Source: Candidatus Latescibacterota bacterium (GTDB lineage: Bacteria > Latescibacterota > UBA2968 > GCA-2709665). From it: a DNA stretch of 64,000 nt. This document shows, in pieces, positions 30,974 to 41,758 of this stretch (position 1 is the first letter of the stretch; every line of letters begins with the position of its first letter). The notes under the pieces were generated by a model, which was not told where the DNA came from, searched no databases, and saw nothing but the letters and a program-made list of their open reading frames with translations. Position numbers and translations under genes: made by a program. The DNA lies in NCBI GenBank assembly GCA_965248435.1, contig OZ252100.1, positions 3,808,001 through 3,872,000 of the forward strand, read 5' to 3'.

Positions 30974-32497
30974 ATGAGGGTTCAGGTTCCAGGCTCAGAA
31001 AACGTCGTGAACATCGGCACGCGCAAGCAGCTGTTCGTGGACGACCACATCATCGAGACGACGCGGTGGATATCGCCCCGGTCTTCAGAAACCGCCCGAT
31101 GGGTACAACCTCCCGCGCGTCCACGGACAGACCTGGATGGATGGAGTGAAGGGGTGGACCGGATCGAGGAGGACATTCCGGGGCACCTGCTGAGGGCGAC
31201 GGCGTTCGTGACCCGAATCATCAACCAGCCCGAGCGCTACGAGGGCAATCCGATCATGAAGAAGGCCCACGACTGGGAGGGAGAGACGGCCCCGCATCCG
31301 AACGGCATCACCTACGACGAGGAGGACGAGATCTGGAAGATGTGGTACTGCGGCCTGACGCACGAGGATGAGGGCCGAAGGCACGTTTACAATTGTATGT
31401 ACGCGACTTCTCAGGATGGCATCACGTGGGACCGGCCGGAACTCGGCCTGGTGAAGGACAGCGCGGGAAACGACACGAACATCGTTCACGAGGGCAAGGC
31501 CCAATTCGCCTTCAAGGATCCGAGGGCCGGTGATCCTTCCAGGCAATACAAGATGGGGCGGTCGATGGCCTCGAAGGAGGGGCTGCAGCACCCGATGGTC
31601 TACTATTCACCGGACGGCCTCAACTGGACGCCGGACCCGGGGCCGTTCAGCCACAACCGGGGAGATGAAACCCTGTCTGTGATGTATGATCCCGAGAGTA
31701 AGAAGTACCTGGGATTTTGTCGCAACCGATATCCCAAGCCGACGCTTCGGCACCGGACGGAGCGGTCGCTCCTGAGGATCCAGAGCAACGACCTGGTCCA
31801 CTGGTCGATGTCGGAGCCGATTATGGACAAGGATCCGCTGGACCCCTTCGACACCGATTTTTACGGCATGAGGGGGACGTTCTACGAGAGCGTCTACCTC
31901 GGCTTCTTGAATGTCCATCACACCGCGAAAGACGATTTCGACATCTGGCTCGCTTACAGCAGAGACAGCTTCCACTGGGAGCGGCTCAGGACCGGGCCTT
32001 TTTTGCCTCTGGGACCGGAAGGGAGCTGGGACTGGGGCATGGTATCGGCAATTCAAGCGCCGATTCGGCTGAACGACGAGCTCTGGTTCTACTACACGGG
32101 GGTGGCCGGGCTGCACGATGCGCAGGGCAAGTCCGTTGGCCTTGGATTGGCCAAGCTGCGGGTGGACGGCTTCGCGTCGATCGACGCGTTCGAGAATACG
32201 CACCGAACGAAGAACTACCCGCCGACGCTGCTCACCAAACCGCTCTACTCGCACGGCAACCGCCTGGAGGTTAACGTGGATGCCTCGAAGGGTTTCATCG
32301 AGGCCGAGCTGCTGAACGTGGACGGATTTCCGATCGAGGGGTATTCGAATGATGAGTGCGACACATTCAAGGGGGACAGCCTGGCGCATACGTTCACCTG
32401 GAAAGGGAGGTCGGATATCGGAGGGCATCTTCCAGTTAGAGTGAGGTTCACCATGAATAATTCGAAGCTTTATGCGCTGCAGATTCCGAAGGGGTAG
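30974..32497 (+). CDS. Beta-propeller glycoside hydrolase-like protein, paralog 2
   Basis: Colinear with 29253-30782. Confidence 0.6.
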   Translation: MRVQVPGSENVVNIGTRKQLFVDDHIIETTRWISPRSSETARWVQPPARPRTDLDGWSEGVDRIEEDIPGHLLRATAFVTRIINQPERYEGNPIMKKAHDWEGETAPHPNGITYDEEDEIWKMWYCGLTHEDEGRRHVYNCMYATSQDGITWDRPELGLVKDSAGNDTNIVHEGKAQFAFKDPRAGDPSRQYKMGRSMASKEGLQHPMVYYSPDGLNWTPDPGPFSHNRGDETLSVMYDPESKKYLGFCRNRYPKPTLRHRTERSLLRIQSNDLVHWSMSEPIMDKDPLDPFDTDFYGMRGTFYESVYLGFLNVHHTAKDDFDIWLAYSRDSFHWERLRTGPFLPLGPEGSWDWGMVSAIQAPIRLNDELWFYYTGVAGLHDAQGKSVGLGLAKLRVDGFASIDAFENTHRTKNYPPTLLTKPLYSHGNRLEVNVDASKGFIEAELLNVDGFPIEGYSNDECDTFKGDSLAHTFTWKGRSDIGGHLPVRVRFTMNNSKLYALQIPKG

Positions 32498-32567
32498 GCA
32501 GTGGGTTACTCAATGCGGATTGCGGATTGCGGATTAAGGGGCAGCCCGTGTCGTTGGAGGTCTGACA

Positions 32568-35123
32568 GTGTCGAGCATATATAATGTAAAGGACTATGGG
32601 GCGAAGGGCGACAGCGTGACGCTGGATACGGAGGCGATCCAGAAGACGATCGACGCGTGTGCCGAGGCAGGCGGAGGCGTGGTGACCCTTCCCCCGGGTA
32701 CTTATCTATGCTCGACATTTTATTTGAGAAGCAACATGACGTTTGAGGTTGGTCAGGGGGCGGTGCTGCTTGGGAGCAAGAATCTGTCTGATTATGGTGC
32801 ATTTACGGACGACAAGGAGTTTTACAGAAATGAAGCAGCCCGGACAACCAGCCACTCTGCAAAACTCCTTGAGGCTGGTTGTCCGGGTTTCTTCATTCGG
32901 GGCATCGGCCTTCATGATGTGACGATGCGCGGACCGGGTGTGATCGATGGAAACGATGCGGTTCGTGAAGACGGCAATCGAGGTCCGCGCCTGATTCTCT
33001 TCGAAGGTTGCCAGAACGTCACGCTTCAAGATATAACCGTTGTTCGGGCGCCAGCAGAGAACACGGGCTTTCTGGAATGTGAGGATATCCGCATCTTGGG
33101 CGTAAAGATCCGCGATAGCTTTGCGGATGGTATCTACATCATAAGCTGCCGGCGGGTGCTCATTGACGGCTGTGTGATCGAAAGAAGCGGTGACGACCCC
33201 CTCTCCCTCAAGAACGAAGGCAGGCCCGAGCGTCCCTCCTTCTACAAAGACCTCGTCGAAGATGTCCTCATTACCAATACCACGATCCGCCACGCGACGC
33301 ATCCGGCGATCAAGATCGGCACGGACACTGCGGGTGTTTTCCGAAACATCCAGGTCTCGAACTGCATCTTCGAAAACGTCGGGCCCATGTTCCAGATCCA
33401 GCTTATGCGTCCCAAGCTCAAGAAGACCAAGGAACGGATCATTGAAAATGTGATGTTTTCAAACGTCATCTCACGAGATGTGCGGGAGGTAATTGACATT
33501 ACAACGATGGGTGTGGATGAGGCGGCTGTCTCAGATCTTGTTTTCGACAATCTGCTCGTTTCCGGCATGCGCGAACCCTCGAGGATCCACGGGAACGAGC
33601 AAGTCTCGATCAGCAACGTTGCAATCAAGAACTCCCGCTTCATTCATTCCCGGAGCAGCATGACGAAATGGCTGTCCTGTCTCTACACGAAAAACCTGAT
33701 GGTCCGGGACGTGACGTTCGATCTCCGAGAACCGTTGGAAAGCATTGTGGAGGTGGATCGGGCAGATGGGTTTACCTGGGACAGGGTATCGATACAGGGT
33801 GAGGCAAGGGCTGACCGTGGGGTGACGATCGGGAACGCTTCAGATGTAGAGATCCGGGGCTGTGGCACGAAAGGCGTCAATACGTATCTTCGGGTTGGGG
33901 AAGGAGGCCTGTCGGATATCCGGTTTCTGGGCAACGACTTTCAGGATGCATCAGAGGCCTCTTTTGCCCGGTGGGACGCGATTTCAGGGGATGTCCGACC
34001 TCTGGCTGACCGTATTTCGAGCTCCGTTCTGGAGATGGAAAGGGAGATCGATCCCGGGACGGCACTCACGATCAAGGTCAAGCTTCAGAACGAGGGGAGT
34101 GCAGGTGCATTTCTGCTGAATGTGACCGAGGATGGCAAGACCCTGGGTGGAAGGTGGGTGCTTCTCGGGCCAGGGGAGTGCAGGACGGTAGTGTTTGAGA
34201 CGGAACCGATCTATCGGTCCGGAAACCACGCGCTGCAAGTGGGCGGTGTAGTAGAGACAGTAGCTGTTCGAGAGACGCCTTGCACGCTCACGCATCCCGG
34301 GCCACTCGAACTGCGGCTGGAAGAGGGTAAGCCTGAGGCTTCGTGGGTGAAGGTCCCGGTTCAGAACGTCGGAGGAAAGCGCAGCGTGGCGGAAGTGATG
34401 CTGGATGCAGCCGGGCATACAATCAAGAAGGAGATCTTGCTGGAACCGGGAGAGTTTTCGTTTGTGACTTTCGATGATTTCAAGGGTGTGCAGTCTTTAC
34501 TTCCGCTCAGAGTAGGAGATTTTCCCTCCTTAAAGTATTGTACGTATGCAAATACTGACGGGCGATTCTTATATCATCACGACGGTCGCATCGAGATTCA
34601 CGCGGGTGGGGAACGTGGAACATTCGAGCAGCACGCAGCTGTCTACCTTTCACGGATTGTGGGCGATTACACGGCGGTCTGCCGTTTGATCCATCAAGAC
34701 GACCATACGGGGGAATACGCGGGCGCGGGTCTGGTCGCACGAAACGTGATGACGGACGATGGGTCTCCGGGTTTCGCAAAATATTTTCGCGTCATCAAGT
34801 ACGGCGGATTCATGATTTTTTGTGTCGACATTGACGGGGATGGAAAATTTGACCCGGCAGATGGTTCGGGATGGGGAATAGGTCACATCCCTTTCTGGCT
34901 GAAACTCGAGAGGCGGGGCAAGGACTTCCGAGCCTACGTAAGTGAGGATGGCGAGCACTGGGAGGAGAACCACTCGATGGTGGCGGGCAAGCGCAAGCTT
35001 CTCAGAGGCCATTATACCCTGGAGAACACAGCGGATACACAGGATGTGGGTGTCTTTGGGTTGGCCTATGGGAATGGGATCTCTAAGGTGATTGTAGGAG
35101 ACTTCAGCGTTACGAAAAGTTGA
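32568..35123 (+). CDS. GH28-like beta-helix protein with Ig-like and C-terminal lectin-like domains, paralog 1
   Basis: YNVKDYGAKGD..LDTEAIQKTID, ADGI, GDD, AIKIG. Confidence 0.7.
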   Translation: MSSIYNVKDYGAKGDSVTLDTEAIQKTIDACAEAGGGVVTLPPGTYLCSTFYLRSNMTFEVGQGAVLLGSKNLSDYGAFTDDKEFYRNEAARTTSHSAKLLEAGCPGFFIRGIGLHDVTMRGPGVIDGNDAVREDGNRGPRLILFEGCQNVTLQDITVVRAPAENTGFLECEDIRILGVKIRDSFADGIYIISCRRVLIDGCVIERSGDDPLSLKNEGRPERPSFYKDLVEDVLITNTTIRHATHPAIKIGTDTAGVFRNIQVSNCIFENVGPMFQIQLMRPKLKKTKERIIENVMFSNVISRDVREVIDITTMGVDEAAVSDLVFDNLLVSGMREPSRIHGNEQVSISNVAIKNSRFIHSRSSMTKWLSCLYTKNLMVRDVTFDLREPLESIVEVDRADGFTWDRVSIQGEARADRGVTIGNASDVEIRGCGTKGVNTYLRVGEGGLSDIRFLGNDFQDASEASFARWDAISGDVRPLADRISSSVLEMEREIDPGTALTIKVKLQNEGSAGAFLLNVTEDGKTLGGRWVLLGPGECRTVVFETEPIYRSGNHALQVGGVVETVAVRETPCTLTHPGPLELRLEEGKPEASWVKVPVQNVGGKRSVAEVMLDAAGHTIKKEILLEPGEFSFVTFDDFKGVQSLLPLRVGDFPSLKYCTYANTDGRFLYHHDGRIEIHAGGERGTFEQHAAVYLSRIVGDYTAVCRLIHQDDHTGEYAGAGLVARNVMTDDGSPGFAKYFRVIKYGGFMIFCVDIDGDGKFDPADGSGWGIGHIPFWLKLERRGKDFRAYVSEDGEHWEENHSMVAGKRKLLRGHYTLENTADTQDVGVFGLAYGNGISKVIVGDFSVTKS

Positions 35124-35279
35124 TAACGGGTACCGGGGAATCAAAACACGGGTACAGGGTACCGTAAAACCGTGAATCGTGGATCGTGGATCGTAAACTA
35201 GCCGGATAGAATGCGGCCGTGCATCGGGTAGGCTCCAGGCGGCGAATTTCAGCTTGATTTTTTAGATGAGGAGCTGACA

Positions 35280-37790
35280 ATGTCGAGCATTTATAATGTA
35301 AAGGAGTTCGGGGCGAAGGGGGACGGCGTGACCCTGGATACGGAGGCGATCCAGAAGACGGTCGATGCCTGCGCCGAGGCGGGCGGAGGGACCGTTACCC
35401 TTCCCACGGGTACCTATCTATGCTCGACCTTTTATTTGAAGAGCCGGATCACGTTTGAGGTCGGTCAGGGAGCAGTACTGCTGGGGAGCAAGAACCTGTC
35501 AGATTATGGTGCATTTACGGACAAGGAGTTTTGCAGGGTGGCCGGCTGCGCGGGCTACTTCATCCGCGGCATCAACCTTGAGGATGTGACGATATCCGGA
35601 CCGGGCGTGATCGACGGAAACGAAGCGGTTCGCGAAGATGGCAATCGGGGGCCGATGACGATCCTGTTCGAGGATTGCCGGGACGTCACCGTTCGAGACA
35701 TCACGATCATTCGCGCTCCGGGGTGGTGCACGACCTTCGTTGAGTGTGAAGATCTACGGATTCTGAGGGTCAACGCACGGGATTGCGAGTGCGATGGGAT
35801 CAACATCGTGAGCTGCAGGCGGGTTCTCTACGACGGCTGCGTGATCGATACGACCCATGATGACCCGCTGTGTATCAAGAACGAAGGAAGGCCGGGTGAC
35901 CCTAAGCGACACCGTTACAAGAATGTGACGGAGGACGTGATTATCTCCAACACGGTGATTCGGAATACCACGCATCCAGCGATCAAGATCGGGACGGCGA
36001 CCTCCGGGGTTTTCCGAAATATCCTGGTGTCGAACTGCATCTTCGAAAACGTAAGGAGCATGTTTACCATCCAGCTCATGCGACCCAAGCTGGAGGAGAC
36101 GAAGGAGCGGATCATCGAAAACGTGATGTTTTCGAACGTCACCGTGCGGGACGTGCGGGATGTATTCGATATCACGACGATGGCCGTGGATGAAGCGGCC
36201 GTTTCAGATTTGGTTTTCGACAATCTGCTGGTCTCCGGCATGCGCGAGTCCTCGAAGATCCATGGGACCGAGCAGGTCTCGATCAGCAACGTCGCGATCA
36301 AGAACTCCCGCTTCGTTCATTCCCAGAGCAGCATGACCAAATGGCTGTCCTGTTCCTACACGAAAAATCTGACGGTTCGGGATGTGACGTTCGATCTCCG
36401 GGAGCCGCTGGACAGGGTCGTGGAGCTTGACAAGACGGACGGGTTTACGTGGGACAGGGTTTCCTTACTGGGCGATGCGGTGCGTGACTGTGTCGTCACG
36501 GTCGATAACTCTGCCGGTGTTGAGATCCGGGGCTGCACTGCGAAGAACGTCCATACCTATCTTCAAGTCGGAGAAGGAGGGCTGGCGGATATTCGATTTC
36601 TGGGGAACGATCTGCAGGATGCGTGGGAAGCTTTCCTGGCCGAGTCGGACGCGATTTCGGGGCGCGTCCGACCTCTGGCCGACCGTGTTTCGTGCTCCGT
36701 CCTCGAGATGGAGAGGGAAATCGATCCCGGAACGGCGCTCACGATCAAGGCAGAGCTCCAGAACGAGGGACAGGCAGGCGCGTTTCTTTTGAGTGTGATC
36801 GAGGACGGCAAAACGCTGGGTGGCCGGTGGGTGTTCCTCGGACCGGGAGAGCGCAGGACCGCGGCGTTCGAGACGGAACCGATCTATCCGTCCAGAAGCC
36901 ACGTGATCGAGGTCGGCGGTGTGACGGAGGAGGTGACCGTTCGAGAGGCCCCGTGTACGCTCGCGCATCCCGGGCCATTCGAACTGCGGCTGGAAGAGGG
37001 TAAGCCTGAGGCGTCGTGGGTGAAGGTCCCGGTCCAGAATATCGGGGGAAAGCGCGGCGTGGCGGAGGTGATGCTGGATGCAGCCGGGCATAGGTTGAAG
37101 AAGGAGATCTCGCTGGAACCGGGAGAATCTTCCTATATAACTTTCGATGATTTCAAAGGAGTGCCGTCTTTGCTTCCGCTCAGGGTAGGAGATTATCCCC
37201 CCTTAGAGTATTACACGTATGCAAATACGGAAGGGCGATTCCTATACCATCACGACGGTCGCATCGAGATTCACGCGGGGGGGGAACGTGGAACATTCGA
37301 GCAGCACGCAGTTGTCTACCTTCCGCGGATTGTGGGCGATTACACGGCGGTCTGCCGTTTGATCCATCAGGACAACCATACGGGGGAATATGCGGGCGCG
37401 GGTCTGATTGCACGAAACGCGATGACGGACGATGGGTCTGCAGGTCACGCCAAGTATCATCGTGTCATCAAGTACGGTGGGTTTATGAATTTTCGCGTCG
37501 ACAGCGATGGGGATGGAAAACTGGACGTGGGGGGCGGCGGGCAAGGCGGGCGCATCCCTTTCTGGTTGAAGATCGAGAGGCGGGGAAAGGACTTCCGGGC
37601 CTACGTAAGCGGGGATGGCGAGCACTGGGAGGAGAACCAGGCGATGAAGGGGGGCAAGCGAAAGCTCCTCAGGGGCCACTTTGTCCTGGAAAACACTGCG
37701 GATATACAGGATGTGGGTGTTTTCGGGCTTGCTTACGGCGGCGGGATATCCGAAGTGATTGTAGAAGACTTCGGCGTTACGAAAAGCTGA
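35280..37790 (+). CDS. GH28-like beta-helix multidomain protein, paralog 2
   Basis: Same architecture; CDGI, HDD. Confidence 0.7.
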   Translation: MSSIYNVKEFGAKGDGVTLDTEAIQKTVDACAEAGGGTVTLPTGTYLCSTFYLKSRITFEVGQGAVLLGSKNLSDYGAFTDKEFCRVAGCAGYFIRGINLEDVTISGPGVIDGNEAVREDGNRGPMTILFEDCRDVTVRDITIIRAPGWCTTFVECEDLRILRVNARDCECDGINIVSCRRVLYDGCVIDTTHDDPLCIKNEGRPGDPKRHRYKNVTEDVIISNTVIRNTTHPAIKIGTATSGVFRNILVSNCIFENVRSMFTIQLMRPKLEETKERIIENVMFSNVTVRDVRDVFDITTMAVDEAAVSDLVFDNLLVSGMRESSKIHGTEQVSISNVAIKNSRFVHSQSSMTKWLSCSYTKNLTVRDVTFDLREPLDRVVELDKTDGFTWDRVSLLGDAVRDCVVTVDNSAGVEIRGCTAKNVHTYLQVGEGGLADIRFLGNDLQDAWEAFLAESDAISGRVRPLADRVSCSVLEMEREIDPGTALTIKAELQNEGQAGAFLLSVIEDGKTLGGRWVFLGPGERRTAAFETEPIYPSRSHVIEVGGVTEEVTVREAPCTLAHPGPFELRLEEGKPEASWVKVPVQNIGGKRGVAEVMLDAAGHRLKKEISLEPGESSYITFDDFKGVPSLLPLRVGDYPPLEYYTYANTEGRFLYHHDGRIEIHAGGERGTFEQHAVVYLPRIVGDYTAVCRLIHQDNHTGEYAGAGLIARNAMTDDGSAGHAKYHRVIKYGGFMNFRVDSDGDGKLDVGGGGQGGRIPFWLKIERRGKDFRAYVSGDGEHWEENQAMKGGKRKLLRGHFVLENTADIQDVGVFGLAYGGGISEVIVEDFGVTKS

Positions 37791-37940
37791 TAACGGGTAC
37801 CGGGGAATCAAAACACGGGTACCGGGTACCGCAAGACTGTGGATCGTGGATCGGAAAGCGACTAGATAGAACGCGGTCGCGCATCGGGTAGGCTCCAGGT
37901 GGCGAATTTCAGCTTGATTTTTGAGATGAGGGAGCTGACA

Positions 37941-40448
37941 ATGTCGAGTATATATAATGTAAAGGAGTTCGGGGCGAAGGGGGACGGCGTGACGCTGGAT
38001 ACGGAGGCGATCCAGAAGACGATCGACGCGTGTGCCGAGGCGGGTGGGGGGGTGGTCACCCTTCCTTCGGGCACGTATCTATGCTCGACCTTTTATTTGA
38101 GAAGCAACATGACGTTTGAGGTTGGTCAGGGGGCGGTGCTGCTTGGGAGCAAGAATATGTCTGATTATGGTGCGTTTACGGAGGACAAGGAGTTTTGCAG
38201 AGTGGCCAGTTGCGCGGGCTACTTCGTTCGGGGAATCGACCTTCATGATGTAACGGTATGCGGACCGGGCGTGATCGATGGAAACGATGCGGCTTGTGAA
38301 GACGGCAATCGAGGTCCGATGACGATCCTGTTCGAGGGTTGCCGGGATGTGACGGTTCGGGATATCGCAGTCATTCGTTCTCCGGGGTGGTGCACGACTT
38401 TTGTCGAATGCGAAGATGTCCGGATCCTTAGGGTCAACGTACTGGATTGCGACAACGGTGGGTTCACAACCGAGAGCTGCAGCCGGGTTCTCTACGACGG
38501 CTGCGTGATCGAAAGGACCTACGACGACCCGCTGTGCATCAAGAACACTTCCGGATACAACGATGTAACAGAGGACTTGATTATCTCCAACACCGTGATT
38601 CGGAACATCGGGAAGCGCGGGACACATCCTGCGATCAAGATCGGGACGGCGACGGCAGGGGTTTTCAGAAACATCCTGGTATCGAATTGCATGTTTGAAA
38701 ACGCACAAAGCATGTTTGCGATCCAGCTTATGCGCCCCAAGCTGAAGGAGAACAAGGAACGGATCATTGAAAATGTGGTGTTTTCAAACGTCATCGTAAG
38801 AGACGTGTGGAATGTAATTGACATCACAACGATGGGCGTGGATGAGGCGGCTGTCTCAGATCTGGTTTTCGACAATCTGCTTGTTTCCGGCATGCGCGAA
38901 CCCTCGAGGATCCACGGGACCGAGCAAGTCTCGATCAGCAACGTTGCGATCAAGAACTCCCGGTTCGTTCATTCCAGGAACAGCATGACGAAATGGCTGT
39001 CCTGTCTCTACACGAAAAACCTGATGGTCCGGGACGTGACGTTCGATCTCCGAGAACCGTTGGAGAGCATTGCGGAGGTGGATCGGGCAGATGGGTTTAC
39101 CTGGGACAGCGTATCGATACAGGGTGAGGCAAGGGCTGACCGTGGGGTGACGATCGGGAACGCTTCAGATGTAGAGATCCGGGGCTGTGGCGCGAAAGGC
39201 GTCAATACGTATCTTCAGGTTGGGGAAGGAGGGCTGTCGGATGTCCGATTTCTGGGCAACGACTTTCAGGACGCATCGGAGGCCTCTTTTGCCCGGTGGG
39301 ACGCGATTTCAGGGGATGTCCGACCTCTGGCTGACCGTATTTCGAGCTCTGTTCTGGAGATGGAAAGGGAGATCGATCCCGGCACGGCACTCACGATCAA
39401 GGTCAAGCTCAAGAACGAGGGGAGCGCAGGTGCATTTCTGCTGAAGGTGACCGAGGATAGCAAAACACTGGGTGGAAGGTGGGTGCTTCTCGGGCCAGGG
39501 GAGTGCAGGACGGTAGCGTTTGAGACGGAACCGATCTATCGGTCCGGAAACCACGCGCTACAAGTGGGCAGCGTGCTGGAGACCGTAACCGTTCGAGAGA
39601 TGCCTTGCACGCTCACGCATCCCGGGCCACTCGAACTGCGGCTGGAAGAGGGTAAGCCTGAGGCTTCGTGGGTGAAGGTCCCGGTTCAGAATATCGGAGG
39701 AAAGCGCAGCGTGGCGGAACTGATGCTGGATGCAGCCGGGCATATAATCAAGAAGGAGATCTTGCTGGAACCGGGAGAATCTTCGTTTGTGACCTTCGAT
39801 GATTTCAAGGGTGTGCAGTCTTTACTTCCGCTCAGGGTAGGAGATTATCCCCCCTTAAAATATTGCACGTATGCAAATACTGACGGGCGATTCCTATACC
39901 ATCACGACGGTCGCATCGAGATTCACGCGGGTGGGGAACGCGGAACATTCGAGCAGCACGCAGCTGTCTACCTTCCAAGGATTGTGGGCGACTACACGGC
40001 GGTCTGCCGTTTGATCCATCAGGACAATCATACGGGGGAATACGCGGGGGCGGGTCTGGTTGCACGAAACGTGATGACGGACGATGGGTCTCCGGGTTTC
40101 GCCAAATATTTTCACGTCATCAAGTACGGCGGATTCATGATTTTTTGTGTCGACCTTGACGGGGATGGAAAATTTGACCCGGCAGATGGTTCGGGATGGG
40201 GAGGAGAACGCATCCCTTTGTGGTTGAAACTCGAGAAGCGGGGCAAGGACTTCGGAGCCTACGTAAGTGAGGATGGCGAGAACTGGAAGGAGAACCAGGC
40301 GGGGAAGGGGCCAAATCGGATACGTCTCAGAGGCCATTATATCCTGGAGGACACCGCGGATACGCAGGATGTGGGTGTCTTTGGGTTGGCCTATGGAAAT
40401 GGGATCTCCAAGGTGATCCTAGAAGACTTCAGCGTTACTCCGATCTAA
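37941..40448 (+). CDS. GH28-like beta-helix multidomain protein, paralog 3
   Basis: Same architecture; start MSSIYNV by alignment. Confidence 0.7.
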   Translation: MSSIYNVKEFGAKGDGVTLDTEAIQKTIDACAEAGGGVVTLPSGTYLCSTFYLRSNMTFEVGQGAVLLGSKNMSDYGAFTEDKEFCRVASCAGYFVRGIDLHDVTVCGPGVIDGNDAACEDGNRGPMTILFEGCRDVTVRDIAVIRSPGWCTTFVECEDVRILRVNVLDCDNGGFTTESCSRVLYDGCVIERTYDDPLCIKNTSGYNDVTEDLIISNTVIRNIGKRGTHPAIKIGTATAGVFRNILVSNCMFENAQSMFAIQLMRPKLKENKERIIENVVFSNVIVRDVWNVIDITTMGVDEAAVSDLVFDNLLVSGMREPSRIHGTEQVSISNVAIKNSRFVHSRNSMTKWLSCLYTKNLMVRDVTFDLREPLESIAEVDRADGFTWDSVSIQGEARADRGVTIGNASDVEIRGCGAKGVNTYLQVGEGGLSDVRFLGNDFQDASEASFARWDAISGDVRPLADRISSSVLEMEREIDPGTALTIKVKLKNEGSAGAFLLKVTEDSKTLGGRWVLLGPGECRTVAFETEPIYRSGNHALQVGSVLETVTVREMPCTLTHPGPLELRLEEGKPEASWVKVPVQNIGGKRSVAELMLDAAGHIIKKEILLEPGESSFVTFDDFKGVQSLLPLRVGDYPPLKYCTYANTDGRFLYHHDGRIEIHAGGERGTFEQHAAVYLPRIVGDYTAVCRLIHQDNHTGEYAGAGLVARNVMTDDGSPGFAKYFHVIKYGGFMIFCVDLDGDGKFDPADGSGWGGERIPLWLKLEKRGKDFGAYVSEDGENWKENQAGKGPNRIRLRGHYILEDTADTQDVGVFGLAYGNGISKVILEDFSVTPI

Positions 40449-40647
40449 TTTCGAGCACCCACGGCCTTCTCATTTGTCTCCAGCGTCCGCCCCTCGCCCC
40501 GAACAAATTCCTCTGAATTGTGAGGATGGCGGGAAAACACTCGGGAACAAGATCGATCGTGAACATCGAATCGAGAAACTGTCTATTCCATGACGCAGCT
40601 TTGGAGCCAGCTTTCTTACTAGGTGATTAGACGAGGAGCTTCCAGGA

Positions 40648-41682
40648 ATGACCGAGACGATTCTGACTGACGGATACGGATACGGGGCCCTGAGGGACGA
40701 GGTGGCCCTGCTCCTCCAGGAGGGCAAGGCGCGCGCCGCTGCGGCGGTGGCGCGTGAGACGCTGCTGACCTACCACGCGATCGGCGGGGCCGTGAGCGAA
40801 TACCTGCTCGCGCACCCGGCCGCATACGGCGAGCAGACCGTGGCGCGGCTCGCGGCCGACGTTGGGCTCAGCAACTCGATCCTGTATGAGGCCGTGGCTT
40901 TTTATCGATTTCGCCCAATTTTCCACGCGCGTGGAAAATTGGGTTGGACCCACTACCGGGCCCTGCTGAAGCTGCCCACGGACGCCCAGCGGGAGGCGGC
41001 TGAGGCCGCCGCCCAGGAGCATCGCTGGAGCGTTCGAGACCTGGAGGCGCAGATCCGGTCCGGCGCGTTTGAAGGATCCGGGTTGGCCGCGACCGAGGTC
41101 AAGGCTGCTCACCAGCTGCCGGCCCTGCGCGGACAGTTCTACACCTACAAGCTGGTCGAGGCGCCTCAATTCCAGGAACGCAGTCTCCGGCTGGACCTGG
41201 GATTCGGGACTCAGCTCGCGTGGCCGATTCCGGATGCGGAGAGGTTCCGCGGAGGGCAGTTCCTGAACGCGACCCGCCAGGGGCCAGAGAAATACCGCTT
41301 CGCCGAAGCCGTCGAGCGAACCGCCGCATTCTATACCTACGTGGCGCGCGTTCTGCGCGTCATCGACGGAGATACGGTCTGGCTGGACATCGACTGCGGT
41401 TTCCGCGTGTGGGCGCGGCAGAAGGTGAGGCTGCGGGGGATCGACACGCCCGAGATCAAGACGGCGGAGGGCGTGCGTGCCAGGGACTTCGTCGCGGAGG
41501 CGCTGGAGAGCGTCCCGTTCGTCGTCGTGACGACGACGAAGCCGGACAAATACGATCGGTACCTGGCCGACCTGTTCTACCTGCCTGAGGCAGAAAAGGC
41601 GGAAGAAGCGCTGGCGAAGGGACGGTTTCTGAATCGCGAGCTCGTGGAACAGGGATTGGCGGAGCGGGTCAGAAAGGGATGA
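40648..41682 (+). CDS. DUF1016(YhcG)-N-like domain fused to thermonuclease (SNase) domain
   Basis: N-terminal YHAIG..YGEQTVARLA..LGWTHY..WSVRDL; C-terminal RVIDGDT, VRLRGIDTPE, DKYDRYLA. Confidence 0.75.
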   Translation: MTETILTDGYGYGALRDEVALLLQEGKARAAAAVARETLLTYHAIGGAVSEYLLAHPAAYGEQTVARLAADVGLSNSILYEAVAFYRFRPIFHARGKLGWTHYRALLKLPTDAQREAAEAAAQEHRWSVRDLEAQIRSGAFEGSGLAATEVKAAHQLPALRGQFYTYKLVEAPQFQERSLRLDLGFGTQLAWPIPDAERFRGGQFLNATRQGPEKYRFAEAVERTAAFYTYVARVLRVIDGDTVWLDIDCGFRVWARQKVRLRGIDTPEIKTAEGVRARDFVAEALESVPFVVVTTTKPDKYDRYLADLFYLPEAEKAEEALAKGRFLNRELVEQGLAERVRKG

Positions 41683-41758
41683 AAGCACGGTCCTTTAGAC
41701 GACCTGATGGAAATTAGGTTCTATGGTTCAGAATATTAGGTGTATCTATAGAAAGGCA

